From: Macrostomum lignano
Lineage: Eukaryota
Length of the DNA: 64,000 nucleotides
Assembly (NCBI GenBank): GCA_002269645.1
Contig: NIVC01002393.1
Span: 114,606-178,605 of the forward strand
Reading direction: 5' to 3'
Shown here: one piece after another, positions 50,539 through 63,847 of the stretch
Layout of the letters: each line of letters starts with the position of its first letter
Numbering within the stretch: position 1 is the stretch's first letter
Notes under the pieces: generated by a model
What the model was told of the DNA's origin: nothing
What the model saw: only the letters and a program-made list of their open reading frames with translations
Databases searched by the model: none
Position numbers and translations under genes: made by a program

Positions 50539-52219
50539 GGCATGATGTTGACTGCGGCATTGGCTCTAACCATCCAACCCCAGCAACGAGCCCACATCAC
50601 TGACAAAGACAGCATGGGGAGCCTGCATGGCCAGGCTCTGCATACACTGCCCCCAGATCAAGGGACTCTGTTGTTTCAAACAAAGACATCGTCTCTGTCC
50701 AAAAAAAGATGAGGCTCAAACTAGCTCCAGAATATTCATCAATAAATTAAAAATAGCAAATACAACTTCTACTACTGAATTTTCTTGATACTTTACTAAT
50801 AGTAGTAAACAATAGAAAAAAATGATAATAAATTAAACATATGTTTAATAATTGAATAAAAACAAGAAAATGGAAGCCAAACATTTTTTGTTGTTGAAGC
50901 AATTAAAAATTAATTAGCAGCTAATGAAAGATTCACAAAATTAAACTAAGTAAAATAATCATAGTGACTATTTAAAATACAAAAATTATATATGTATATG
51001 TATAAAAACATAGGTATTAAGAAACTGCAATAATTTCATTTATAGGGATAAAAAGGTCTCAGTCAGCTAAATCTATAAGCACTATCTGGTTCTTTGATTT
51101 CAAAATTATAGTTCCATTTGGCCTACTGGGTGCAAACTCAAGTTGCTAAATTAAGAACCAAGATGCTAGCTAATAGTAACCAAAAGTTCAAAATCAAATA
51201 AAATGCTAAATATACAAATTTCCTGTCAATAGGTTATTCAAAGTTTCAAACTAATAATAATAAGTCTTGAAATTACTTTTGTTCCATGTTAATAATGCAA
51301 GCTTACTTCTAAGTGCAAACACATTAATTTAGAGCTGAATTAAAATTTTGGTTTATGTTTACTTGCAAAGTTGCAGACTTGCAGACTTGGATTTAAGCTG
51401 TCAATGCATTTTTTATGATTTTGAACATAGGAACTATATATAGAATTAAAAAAAATACATAGAATCCAAATTAAAAAAAACTTTTTATAAATATGGTTTT
51501 TTTTTATATCAAAAGCTGAACACTAAGCCTGTCTCCTATTGAAAGTAATTTTTGTATAAAAAAAGTGAAAAACTCATCTCTGTAGTGTATTTTTTGGTAA
51601 AAAAATTTGCCTCCTTAACTAAAAAAAGGTTTCGTATCCTTGGCAGATATATGCTGAAACCTCCCTGTGGTGTATTCAAGGAGCCACACCTAACTATCAA
51701 GACTATCAAGCCTATCAAGCTATCAATATATGAAAGAAACACAATAGAAGTTACTACATGGAATTTTGCTATAATAGCATAATTGCCTAAGCCCTATAAA
51801 TCAAGCAACAATGACTATTATTCTTGACTTGCACTTTAAACTGTTACCACACCTAGATCCTATTTGTTAGACTAAGTATCAATGGACTTTTAGATATTTA
51901 GGCATCCTTCATTTCTCTAATGTTACCACTATAGTTGGCATATAAGTTATAGTTTATATAATAAACTAGAGTGTCATAGGAATCTTGAATGATATTTTAT
52001 TGTTAGTATTAAGAATAGTTTATATTTTCATCTTATACTTTGATAGACTGAGATAGACTATAATAGGCTAAAGTTAAATAGTTTAATTTTCAATGAACTA
52101 TGTTAAAAAGCCTATTTGAATTAATTCCTTTTCTTATATTTGAATTGTTGGCTAATATAGCTAATATTAGATTGTTGCATAGGATCAATAACATTAAATT
52201 AGTTTATCTTTATTTGATA

Positions 52220-53475
52220 TTGGGTTGTAAAAAAGTTCAAGTGTTTTCTTTAAACTTCTAGAACTTTCTCTAAAGAAATTTCTAGAATGTTCTATGGGGC
52301 TATATAAGAGTAACCAGTGTGCACTACCATATTGACTTGGTTATGATCAACCTTCACCTACAATGGCTATGCAATAACATGATCAACATTACTTCATTTG
52401 AGCATATTTACTTTTCTACTTCAAGCTAGGCAACTCAGCAGCTAAGGCATATTGCAAGTTATCTTAGGCATATGGCGAGGACTATCTGAGTGAGCAATAC
52501 TGCTATGCCTGGTTTGCGGAGTTCAACAAGGGTAAGGAATAACTTGAAGACAAGGAACACTCTAGTCACCCACCTAAGCTTGATATATAGCAGCTTGCCT
52601 TACTTGTTAAAGCTAAGCCAAATCTTACAATACATGAAATGGCAGAGTACTTCAAGGTCTCTACCATGACCATTGACTGCTACTTTCATCAACTCGGCAA
52701 AGTGCACAAGCTTGGTCAATGGGTTCCTCATAAACTTTCACATGAGAACAAGGATCAACATATTATCATATACATGCACCCAACTCTTATCCTATTGCCA
52801 CAACCCAGGATAGCTTGATAGCCTAGTGATTGGTAATGAGAAGTGGATGGCCAATTTCAACTATACACACAAGTGCCAATGGCTTGGCATGGGAGATTAG
52901 CCACAACCAATACCCAAACCTGATCCAAACCAAAAGAAAGTCATGTACTCATGTTGTGTATCTGGTAGAATTCCAGTCAAATTGTCCATTGGGAGCTCTT
53001 GCCTATAATACCAGCATCACTGCCAAAGTCTATTATAAACAGCTAGATAGACTATACTAGGCCTAGGCTATTGTCAAAGCAGCAGGGTGCTGGTGCAAAA
53101 ATTTGATTTTTTCACGACAATTCCCAACCTTATGTGGTGAAGAAGACACTGTAGAAGCTGCTTGAGCTGAGCTGGGAAGTCATGCCTCACTCTCCATACT
53201 TGCTTGACAGCCTCTAGATAGGCTAAGGAGATGACAGCTTTGCTTGAGCAATACTTTAAGTCACTATTGCCTTAGTTCTTTAAGAAAGGCATCTAGAATC
53301 TTATTGCCAGATTGGGAATGCTATTTTGGGTAATATAATAGTTTTTGATCCTATGATGGCAAAAGATCATTTATTAGGATAGTAATTATATCCTAGACTA
53401 AAAACTATTATGGGACTAGAAAACTGAATTTAAAGTTTGACTATATAAATGCTCAAACCTTTTATTACAACCCAA
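52220..53475 (+). mobile_element. Mariner (Tc1/mariner) DNA transposon fossil, 1256 bp, transposase pseudogene
   Basis: TIRs TTGGGTTGTAA.../...TTACAACCCAA with TA on both flanks; remnants WFAEF, GQWVPHKL, IGNEKW, KKVM, FHDNSQP, HSPYLLD with in-frame stops. Confidence 0.92.
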
Positions 53476-54840
53476 TAGAAGCATACAAGGTCAAATATTA
53501 AATAAAAATCTGCTTTAGGTTTAAAAAACTAATAGTCAAAAGATTTTGCCTTACAAGTTACTGCTAAGATATTAAACTTTGTAAGGAATTGCCAAGGTGC
53601 CAAAGCTTGAATTAATGAGAAAATATAAGTAACTATTAAAAAGAAAAAAAAGTAAATAGATTAAAAGTTAAATAAAATTTAATCTATTAATTATCATTAT
53701 AGATATATCACAATGTTAAACCAGTGTGTTAAGGTATATTCAAATGACTAGGGCCTACATTTCCTAATACAAATTATAATAAGCTCTTAGTCTTAGACAA
53801 TTATTAATTAAGCTACTTATTATACTAAATCAAATCTACTAGAATCCAGTAGGCCTATTCTAAATATCAAAGCTAACTAAAGCTAGGCTAGCTAAAAGGC
53901 CTAGCCTAGTCCAGGCAATAATTTGATCATTTATTATTGACACTTTCTTTCTATTGATACCATTAACACTATTGCTTACTAAACTTGTTATACAATTTTT
54001 TATTTCCGAAAATTCTTATAGGCCTAGGCCTTTTAGCTAAAATAAAACAAATAGACCTATAGGCTATAGCAATCTTATGATGCATATTATATGATAATTA
54101 GGCCATTGGGGTTGCATTGCATACTAATGTCGATGCTATTATCCCTGCTTACTAGTTACTACTCTAATAACCAAAACAAATATTTTATTGCTTTTTGTAT
54201 TGATTAAATGCTAAGATTCATTCATTTATGACTTATGATTGAAGTAAATTGTTTTACTGACATCACTTTATAGCTTGCACATTATAGTAGTATCATTATC
54301 ATTACTGGGCCTTTTATTTTAATTATTCTGGTTTTAGAACCAGATCCAATTTGTAAATTCAAATTATTGAATGGCAATAGCCAAGGAGTGAAAAATTGTG
54401 CAAAGTGAGGCTGTTCGGGCATGCAAACATTCAATAAAGTTAAAAAACAATCCTACAATGCTTTTTTCTTGGAAGATCCAAAGCCAGTCTGTTTTTGAAA
54501 TTGGGTAGGCAGTAATGTGAAAAGCCTCAGGATCAATTTTGTCCTAATTACGTATGGTCGTATACGTCAGAGTTTATAAAACAAACAAGCAGAAAGCTTT
54601 TTTTCTAGAAAATTCGTGAGATACAAAAATCATGCCTTATAGAAGAAAAATATGTCTTGTTTTGTTTTTACTAATTAACAGTAATATATTTCACTAATTA
54701 TTTATAAGTGTACAAGCGTTTTATGTACTTTGTTTTACTTTCACCATTTCTTATAAGTACGTTTTACAAGAAACCAGAAATTAAAAAAGTTCCTAACATG
54801 CAGTGCCTAAATTGCCGAAGTAATTGAACGAGGGCCTAGG

Positions 54841-57800
54841 CAGGGGCGTAGCCAGGAATTTTTTGGGGGTGATGATTAATGAATTAATGATTAATGAATC
54901 TACTCTACTAGGCTAATTTGATTAGTTAGGCCTATATAGTACTCAGTAATCAGTAATATTAAATGAATTTGCCATCCAGCCATCCTTTGCCCCAGTGAGC
55001 AGTGTCTTTCGACCAGCACCCATTACCTTGTGTCAACCATCTTGATATTAAAAAATGCTTGAAAAAAAAACTATGAAAACTGGGTTTTCAATGTATCTAA
55101 TCTTTGCTTTTTGCTCTTCCCAATCTCTCCTCAGCTAGCCCAACTCTGCAACTCTCATATTGCAAGTTGCATCACTCAAAAGGCAATACTGAGCTAGAAT
55201 TTACTCCTCACTCTCAAAGGTGGTGACTTTAATGTTGCTAAATATATATTACTCATGCTAATTCTAGGCTTATTATATTAAGACTTGACAACTAAAATTT
55301 TAATTTAGTTACTTACAGATAATCATGTCCCATGGAGACACCAGGGTTAGTACAATGCTTCCGTTGACACCTGACCTGGCATTGGTTTGAGGCTTTTATA
55401 GTGGCTCACCGAATGCTTTCTTAGCAGAATTGAATATCTTATTGAAATAGACTTGGCTATTATCAGAGAAGAGATCTTGAAGAACATCAATGATAGCAAT
55501 GACAGCCTTAATTTTATTGACACAATCAACAAGATTGAGATCTACATATTAAAATTTTTTTGATAATGGCTTTGTGATATTAAGAATAGCATTGATAATG
55601 TGGCCTGAAATAATTAAAATATTTGTTGTCTAGTAGGGCCTAGTAAAAGTTTAAGGTTGTTTTGAGCATTGTTGCCTGCCTTTCCTACCCATGTGCTGAT
55701 CTCCTATAGAGCTTCAATGTTTGTTGGTAAGAGTAGGTTGAATTGGATGAAAGCCTCTTACTTTTCAACCCATCTGGTCTTGCAGTTCTATAAAAGTTGA
55801 TGCATAGATAACTCTGGAACCAACTCTTAGATTTCTTTCAAGCAGAGCTATTTTTGTGGCAATCAGCAAATGAAAACTGTGACTATAGTCTATATTAATA
55901 GCAGTAATGGTAGCTTAAACTAAATCTAGCTTATAAGCATCCTGGAGAGATATGTTTAGATCATGTGCAGCACAGTGCATATAGATTGCTAGTTTTTTCC
56001 CAGTACTTGCAAATCACTGCCTGAATATCATTGAACTTGCCAGGCATGGTTAAAGGTCTAATGATCATAGCCTTGAGTAACAAATTATGCTATAATATGG
56101 AGAGAATCAAGTGTCTCAAGAAGCTTTGTTGCAAGCCCAATACCAGTCAGATCTTCAATATGAACAAAGCATATGAACTGTTTGTGAATAACTACACTTT
56201 GACCATTGATGTTGAGATACCTAACATAGATGGATATTTGTTCTTTGTATAAAGAATCTATAGTCCCATCTGTAAGCAGCACAAAGTAGCCTGCTTTGTT
56301 GATTTTTTTGCTAAATTTTGGGTAATAACATTAGACAGAGCCTGAATTATTTCATTCTGTGATTCACTGGAAGTGTATTTGGCATTTGATGGTCCAGTAC
56401 AAAGGTGTTTACATAGAACAGGATCATGTTTTGCAAGAAGCTCTAGAAATGCAACAAAGTTCCCTTTGTCATAGTCAATAGTTCCATCTAAATGAACTTT
56501 TATAAGTCCATAGTCACAATGTCCTTGAAAAAACAGACTACAATAAGCAAGAAATTCAATTGGTTGGTTCAATTACATGTTTTAGTCTTTCCCTATTTTC
56601 TTTCACTAGCTTTGTGCAACTGATATCCAGCATGTGACCAACATTCATTCCAGATAACAGGGCATCAACTTTGATCACAGTCACTTCTGTGATAGTCACA
56701 TTGCAAATGCTTCTTTAGCTTTGTTGTGATCACATTGAACTTAGTGCATGGAGTTCTCACAAATTCATCAACTTTTTGTCCATGGATGGCAAAGTTGGTC
56801 AAAAGAAAAAGAATGCAATACCTAAAGGAGAAAGAAATGGTTGAAATGGAAAGAGTAAGTATTAAGTCCATATGTCAAGACCAGATCTAGATAGCAAGAG
56901 TAGGATTTAGCAATATATGTCAATAACCTCATTAACTTCAAAATCACTTGCAAAATGCACTGCTGAGCTTAGCAGAATACTCAAAGCATGTGTTATAACC
57001 AGTTAGATATTGGTAAGACAAGTAGTGCTTGTGGACATTGCCCTTATTAGATTTAAGCAAGAATGGGAATGAGTACCTTAGACGGGGGCACCCAATAGTC
57101 CTTAAGCAATTATAATCAAGTAGTTGTATCCAGCTTTCCATTGCGACAAAGCTCAACAACATAGCCAATGTCATTGACATTGATCTTAGCAGCTGTTTCA
57201 TCTGCTTGATATTAGAGTTCAGACTTGTCAAACTGACTTGAAGAAGTAATTGTAGACAATTGTTGCTTGGGAGCTGTTGGAACTAAATTTGGAGTAGCCA
57301 AGTCTGGCAAACTGTCAGTAGCAATGTCACAAGACACAATAGATGACTGGCTATGTAGTGCTGGAACTAGGTTTAGACAGTTGCGCAAGATCAGGGTTTG
57401 GGCAGGACTGCTTTAAGTTCTCAAATAATGAGCAGATATCATGACCATGAGATTTTTGTTTGCTCATTTTGAATTTCACATGAACTCTTTGCAGATTTTA
57501 GTAGCAATCTAGAAATAAAAAATCTGCCTTAGAATTAATTATAAATGACTTGGAAGAGGTTATAGTTAATTATTTCCTTATTCATTTCCCTTCCTAGGGT
57601 GGTGAGGACAGCAGACAGATATTCTTAGTCTTCCTTAATGTATAACTCGTAGATTGCTCATTTAGCTCATTCCTTCCTACTAGTTCTCTGTATGTAATGT
57701 ACTAACCCCCTGAATTTTATTTTCTAGTTAATTCTTCTTCAATGACAGACTTCTTTCAAACAAATCAGAAGCTAATGAATTTTGCAGCAAAAACTGGCTA

Positions 57801-58178
57801 GGCACCCACCTCCATTGTCCATCACTAATTCCACTAGCTGACTACCCATGCCCTAGTACCACATTTCAGTTATCCACTTACCCCCTTCACCCCTAAATAG
57901 TTGGTCAGTTGGGTGAGTGAGTTGATAGTTATCCAAAGACCAAGTTATATGAATACAAAAAAATCAAAGACTTGAGATCCACTTTATATATTTCTAGTGC
58001 ATATTAGTGATATTATTACATATCATCACTATATTTGTTTGTTAATTGTTATTCTATCAATTCAGATAGCTTTCTCTTTTTAAATGATAACTTGCAACTG
58101 AAAAAAACGAAATAAAAAATTGCTTTGGAAATTTGGGGTATTGGCCAATACACTGATACCCTCCTCATTATGCTTCTA
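54841..58178 (-). mobile_element. hAT DNA transposon fossil, 3338 bp, ZMYM1-like/DUF4371 transposase pseudogene
   Basis: Identical 8-bp TSD ggcctagg (54833-54840, 58179-58186); left TIR caggggcgtagccagg; right end cctcattatgcttcta reads as a mutated cct.gctacgcccctg; minus-strand remnants QGH.D, KGNFVAFLELLA, AKYTSSESQNEII, LTDGT.D...KEQISIYVRY, MHCAAH.LN. Confidence 0.88.
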
Positions 58179-59251
58179 GGCCTAGGCCCTATAATAACTA
58201 CAAATGTACATCTCCTTGGGTCACTCTCTGAGGTAAAAAGGTTGTATCAAGGGGTCACTGTCTAAAGTACATGGGCTGCATCAAGGGCATACATGCGCAA
58301 CAGTCGGCCAAGTTGGCCGATCTGGCTGACTGATTTGGCGACCAACCAAGAAAGTCACAAAAATGCCCACCCAAAAAACACCCAAGTAGTAGTACTAAGT
58401 AGCTGACGAGGCATTTTGGCTTAATAAGAGAGTCATAGTTACTTCTGCCATTTACCCAAAGTTGCATTAATTTTGCTTTACAGTTTTTTTACATGCAAGT
58501 CGCATTTTTGTTAAAACTAAGTCACACAGCCAACCAAATTTTGGAGGTAGCGCATGTATGATCAAGGGGTCACTTTAAAAGTTGCAACACAAGTGATCAT
58601 TGTTTACTGTTTACCATTTTTTTTTCAAAAAACACAAGTCACAACTTTGTTACTATGTCATGCTGTACCATGCTGCGCTGCACCATGCCAAGCCACATTG
58701 CACCATACTGAGCTGCGCTGCACTGTGCCAAGCCGTGTTGCACCAAATTGCATTAAGTATTGCCTTACTGAAAATGCGCCGTGCCGCAGGGTCATTTTGT
58801 AAAAATGTGCCAGAGGGCCATCCACCATTTTGCAACTTATTCCAATAGGGTTCATTAATTTACTAATTCTTTGCACTAGTTTATGCCATTTTGACAAATT
58901 TTATTAATCTTATGCCTAATTATACCAATTTAATTCCAGGAAACAAGCTATTGAAACCCATAGATTTTGGGCATTTTTTTATCTTACAACCTACATTTTG
59001 CATCAAATTTGTTATATGACACCCAATGGAAAATAGTAAGGAATGTAAAGAAACAGAAGTCTTAAAATTAAAAAAACCAGAGGTTATATCATGGTAGTGA
59101 AGACTAAGGTTTATAGAATTTACTTTTGTTTTACAATGCCTATAATTAGAGATAGACATTGAGGGTATTGTATTACAAAAGTGAGGACAGAAATGTTAAG
59201 TCCAAAAAGTTGAGCCAAACTTTCAGTTTCCTATCTAGGCATAATCCTAAT

Positions 59252-59921
59252 TAGGGGTCCTAAATCCCCTTGGATCCGGGATTTTTTTTGTTACAATCCT
59301 AGGATTAAACGAAAAATTTATGGGAAGTTTTCCATTGTCTATAGAACAAGTACCAGCAGCAGTAAATAGAAATTTGCAACTGCACTGTTTCTGTGACATA
59401 AAAAACTAGCAACTCTGGCAAGTGATAGTGAGAGGTGACAGCTCAATTGTAAAAATTGTGAGCATACACAAATTGGGGTTGTTGCAACAGCACAAATAGC
59501 CATGAATGAATTGCAAATTGTCAGTATTGTTGCTTATATTACATGGCATTGGCACTATGGCAGTCAGCACTGCATCCTGCGGTGGGGCCTGGGCCAGTAG
59601 GCCAGTGTCTAGGCCATCGCCACTTAGACAGTTAGACTAGTCTAGACTAGACCCTTAGTCTAGTGACTAGCTAGTACATAGTGCTTGATACAGTTAATTG
59701 ATACTCTTACTGTCCTTCATTCTATAACTTCAATAACTTCATTCTTAGGATGCAATAATTCTCTCAAAACTGTTAATTGCTAACTCCAAAACAAAAAAAT
59801 ATTTACTTCTGTAGTGTGAATTCCAATCCCATGTTTACTGGATCCTGGACCCCTAATCCTGGGATCCTGAACACTAACAAAGCGCCAGGATCCTGGGATC
59901 TTGGGATCCCAGGGACCCCTA
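59252..59921. mobile_element. hAT-type MITE, 670 bp
   Basis: TIRs TAGGGGTCC and GGACCCCTA; 8-bp flanks atcctaat/gtcccaat (6/8); internal ggatcc repeats at both ends. Confidence 0.72.
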
Positions 59922-62899
59922 GTCCCAATCAATATTAAAGAAATGGTCATTAGAATGAATAGTTACAGGTCGCTAAAAGAAAGGCAGCAAAGATCTTAGC
60001 CTCAGACTAGATCTAATACATTGTCATAAGAGACCTGCAAAAATAAATAGTAAATGAACTAGGGCCTATTCATTAGCATATGAAATCCCAAGTTGAAACC
60101 CCTTTCACTTTCATTTTAAAATATATTATTAACAAATTGTCTATTTAGGGTATTGTAAATATAAAGTGAATATAAGGATTGTGCTCTAGTAAGCTACAAG
60201 TAGGCTTTTGCAATTGGCTACATCTGTTTCAATTCTTACTATTCTCTATTGGGTATTGTGTAACAAAATTGACACAAATAATCAATTGGGTTAAGGGTAT
60301 TATAAGACAAAAGAATGCCAGATTTTAACCTGCTATATTTTAATCCCTTGAACTATTTTTCACATACATTTTTAAATCTGAAGTCAAACTTGTTAATAGT
60401 TATAATGAAATCAAATTAAAATTCAAGGCAAGCTAGGGGTCAGACAAGATCTCAATCATAATCATCAAGATCTTGCCACTTTTTTCAATCTCAAACTTAG
60501 TTTCAAAATCTCAAAAGTTAAGATTTGTAAAGGCCTACATAAATATTTGTGACTATAATAATACAAGCATATCTAGTTATGGTGATCTTCCAGTTTGTTT
60601 CCTAATATTATTTTCAAGTTTGAATTGGTGCTGCAATATAGTGCCATGGTAGAAAATGATGTCTATAACCAAAAGGCATAGAAAATAGTATCAGAAAATG
60701 CTCCAGTCTCTAGCTCTCTAGCCCTATCTATTGCTCTATCTACCACTTTAGCTATTGCTCCATTTACTTATCTATAAACTGCTGTATCTAGTGTTCAGAG
60801 GCAATATGTTGTTGCACGCAATTCAAACTTGAAATAATATTGCAAAAAAATAAAAGCTTGTTTATGTTATTCAATATCATACTTATATTTGAATATATCA
60901 AGTTAATTAACAGGTTCAATATTAAATAATCATTGCTTTTCTTTCTATTATCATGATTGTGTATATTTTTAACAAGTAACAATATCAACATGGATGGATA
61001 GAATAGTGTAAATAGGCCTACTAGATGCAAATTAGGCTTAATCTCGAAAATGTGATATCATCCAACCTCTAAGGCAAGCATTGATCTTGTTCGTTAGGGT
61101 CGCATAGAATCACAGGCAACATCTCTAAAGCATGCATTGGCAAAATCTGGCCTCTTCTCTCCTCCTTATCTCTCATCTATCATCTCTTTCCTTCTTCTTC
61201 TCTCTTCCTCTTCTCTCCTCTCTTCTGTCTACTCTCTTCTCTCTCGTCTGCTCTCTCATCCTTCCTCTCTTCTCTCTACTCTCATCTCTGCTCTGTCATC
61301 TCTCATTTCTCATACATCGCAAAAATGCCCATCTGAAAAATACAAACGTACACTAATTAGATGATGGGGCATTTAGCTCTAATAATAGTCATAGTTACTC
61401 CTGCCGTTTACCTAAAAATTACGTTAATTTTTGCTTAGGTTTTTTCCACAGGTAAGTCGCATTTTTATCAAAAAAGTCGCACGCATTTGTAAACTAGGGG
61501 GTTTGCGCATGTATGTTCCCTCTCGCCTCTTATCTCTCTCCCTCTCTTCTTTCCTCTTTCCCTCTCCTGTCTCCCCTCCTCTCTCCTCTCCTCTCGCTTC
61601 TTTCTCCCCTCTTATCTTTCTCCCCGCTCCACTCGCTTTTCTCTCCCTCTTCTGCTCTCTCCTCTCGCTTCGCTCTTCCTCTCTCCTCTCTCCTCTCCTC
61701 TCTTTCCTTCTTTCTCCTCTCTCTCCTTACGCCCCCCTCTTCTCTCTTCTCTTCTCTCCCCCTTCCCCTCTTCTCTCTCTTCCTCGCACCTCCACCCTCT
61801 TCTCTCTATCTTCTCTCTCCTCACTCCCCTGTGAAGTTGAGAGTAAGATAAAGGACCTAAGAGTGCAATTATTGATCTAAAAGTGGGAACAACAAACTAA
61901 GAATGCAATTAAGGATCCAAGAGTGAGGTTAGTAACTGTAATGAAGATTCAAGATCTTCAAGGATATTTGGATAAGGGATTTGGGAGTTTTGGGAGCTTA
62001 AAATATGCGATTAAGGATCTAAAAGAATATTGAGGATCTGGTAAGAAAGAGATCCCTATTAGTAGTAAAGAAAAGCTGATTGAGGTATTGAGTGAGATTG
62101 AGAGTCATTGAGATGCTTATTACTTGTCTAGCCAATAAGAATGGTTGCTTGCTACTTGCTGCAAATACTAATTGACTGCTGCGTGAGTGAGCGACATTTG
62201 AGGTCGTCTGCTGCTGTGGCCAAAGCTTAGAAGCTCGGGCGCCATTGCTTCAACTATGTGGGAACCACAAGAGGGGTGGGTGGGTTGGTAGGAGTGGCAG
62301 TTGAGGGCTGTGTATTTATCTGCATGTGTCTAGACTAGTCCTGTATATTCATACTAAAGTATATACTTAGTGTCTAGTTCTCTTTTATCTTCTGTTCCCG
62401 CAGCCATTAGAGTCTAGTCGAGTCTAGTCTAATAACAACAAACCAGATGTAGTAGTAAAGTGAATTTAGTCTTTTTACTTCTTTCAGTTTCTTTTAGTAT
62501 AAAGAGCAATTTGTTGTTTTCTTACCCATACGCGAATTCTAAAACTCTGGCCGGGCTTGAAGAGTTTCAAGCGTCCTTTTTTTCTATTTTTATCAGCGCA
62601 TCTAAACCTTGGTCCTCTTCCCCTCGGATCCCTAGATAATATATAGAACTTGCATGAGTAGAAATAGGGAGTTTAAGTACGCTGGCACTCTAAAGAGGGT
62701 ACAATAAATTTTGTGTCGTATGCTGTTATTTATACTAGTCTTAGTCTATATATTCATAGAGTCCTATCTATATGAAGAGATAAGAGTGGAAACGGAAGGA
62801 GAATTCCACAAATTTTGATGCGAAATGGGCCATTTTACTTATATTCCATCCCAGTGTAAACTGATCTATCCTATGTCCACTTAATTGTATAGGGGTTCA

Positions 62900-63350
62900 C
62901 AGATGGGGAATGAGATTGATTAATATGGGAATAAGATTGATTGCAGTGGGAATGAAACTGATTGAGATGGAAAATTAAATTGATTGAGATCGGGGATGAC
63001 ATTGATTGAGATGGGGAATGAGATTGACTGAGATGGGGAATGAGATTGATTGAGATGGGGAATGAGATTGATTGAGATGGGGATGACATTGATTGAGATA
63101 GGGAATGAGATTTATTGAGATGGGGAATGAGATTGATTGAGATGGGGAAATGAGATTGATTGGGATGGGGGATGAGATTTATTGGGATGGGAAATGAGAT
63201 GAGGAATGAAATTGATTGAGATTGTGAATGAGATTGATTGGGACGGAAATAAGATTGATTGAGATGGGGAATGGGATTGATTGGGATGGGAAATGAAATT
63301 GATTGGGATGGGGAATGAGATTAAGAATGAGCTTGATTGAGATAGGGAAG
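62900..63350. repeat. About 22-bp degenerate minisatellite
   Basis: gagattgattgagatggggaat. Confidence 0.9.
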
Positions 63351-63526
63351 AATTAGGAAATAAATTGATTTGGATAAATTAAGGTTTTAAGGCAGTAAAA
63401 TTCGTTTTTTTGAGAACAAATCGTCAGAGAGTACATTAAAATAGCCACGTTTCCGCCTTATATTGAAACTGAACCCCCCTAGTCATTTTATGCGTTTTAC
63501 TGTCTCCGGCTAAACAACTAGTTAAG

Positions 63527-63847
63527 CAGGGGTTAGGACAACGTAACCTAGCGCATGACTGCGGTCCAGAGCCGGGGATAGAGGCAAGGGAATAGAGAAG
63601 GGAGATGGGAGAAAGAGAGGCGAGGGATAGAGAGGAGAGTTGGGAGAAAGGAGAGGCGAGGGATAGAGAGGAGAGTTGGGAGAAAGGAGAGGCGAGGGGA
63701 TAGAGAGGAGACAAAACGAGAGGAGTTCAGAGAGAAGGGTGCTGAGAGGAGACAAAAACCTTGAGCGGGCCGGATTGCTATTGTGAAGTTTCAAAAGACC
63801 GATAGCCAAATAGAGAGGCTTTTCCAGCCGGAGTTTGCCCATCCCTG
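63527..63847. mobile_element. hAT-like MITE related to 19823-20360
   Basis: Ends cagggg.../...ttgcccatccctg, internal AG tract, shared ccttgagcgggccggattgc...tcaaaagacc segment. Confidence 0.65.

Noticed and set aside
61130-61830. CT-rich ORFs, and AG-rich ORFs at 2126-2576 and 63436-63842
   Set aside because: Low-complexity purine/pyrimidine tracts, not coding.
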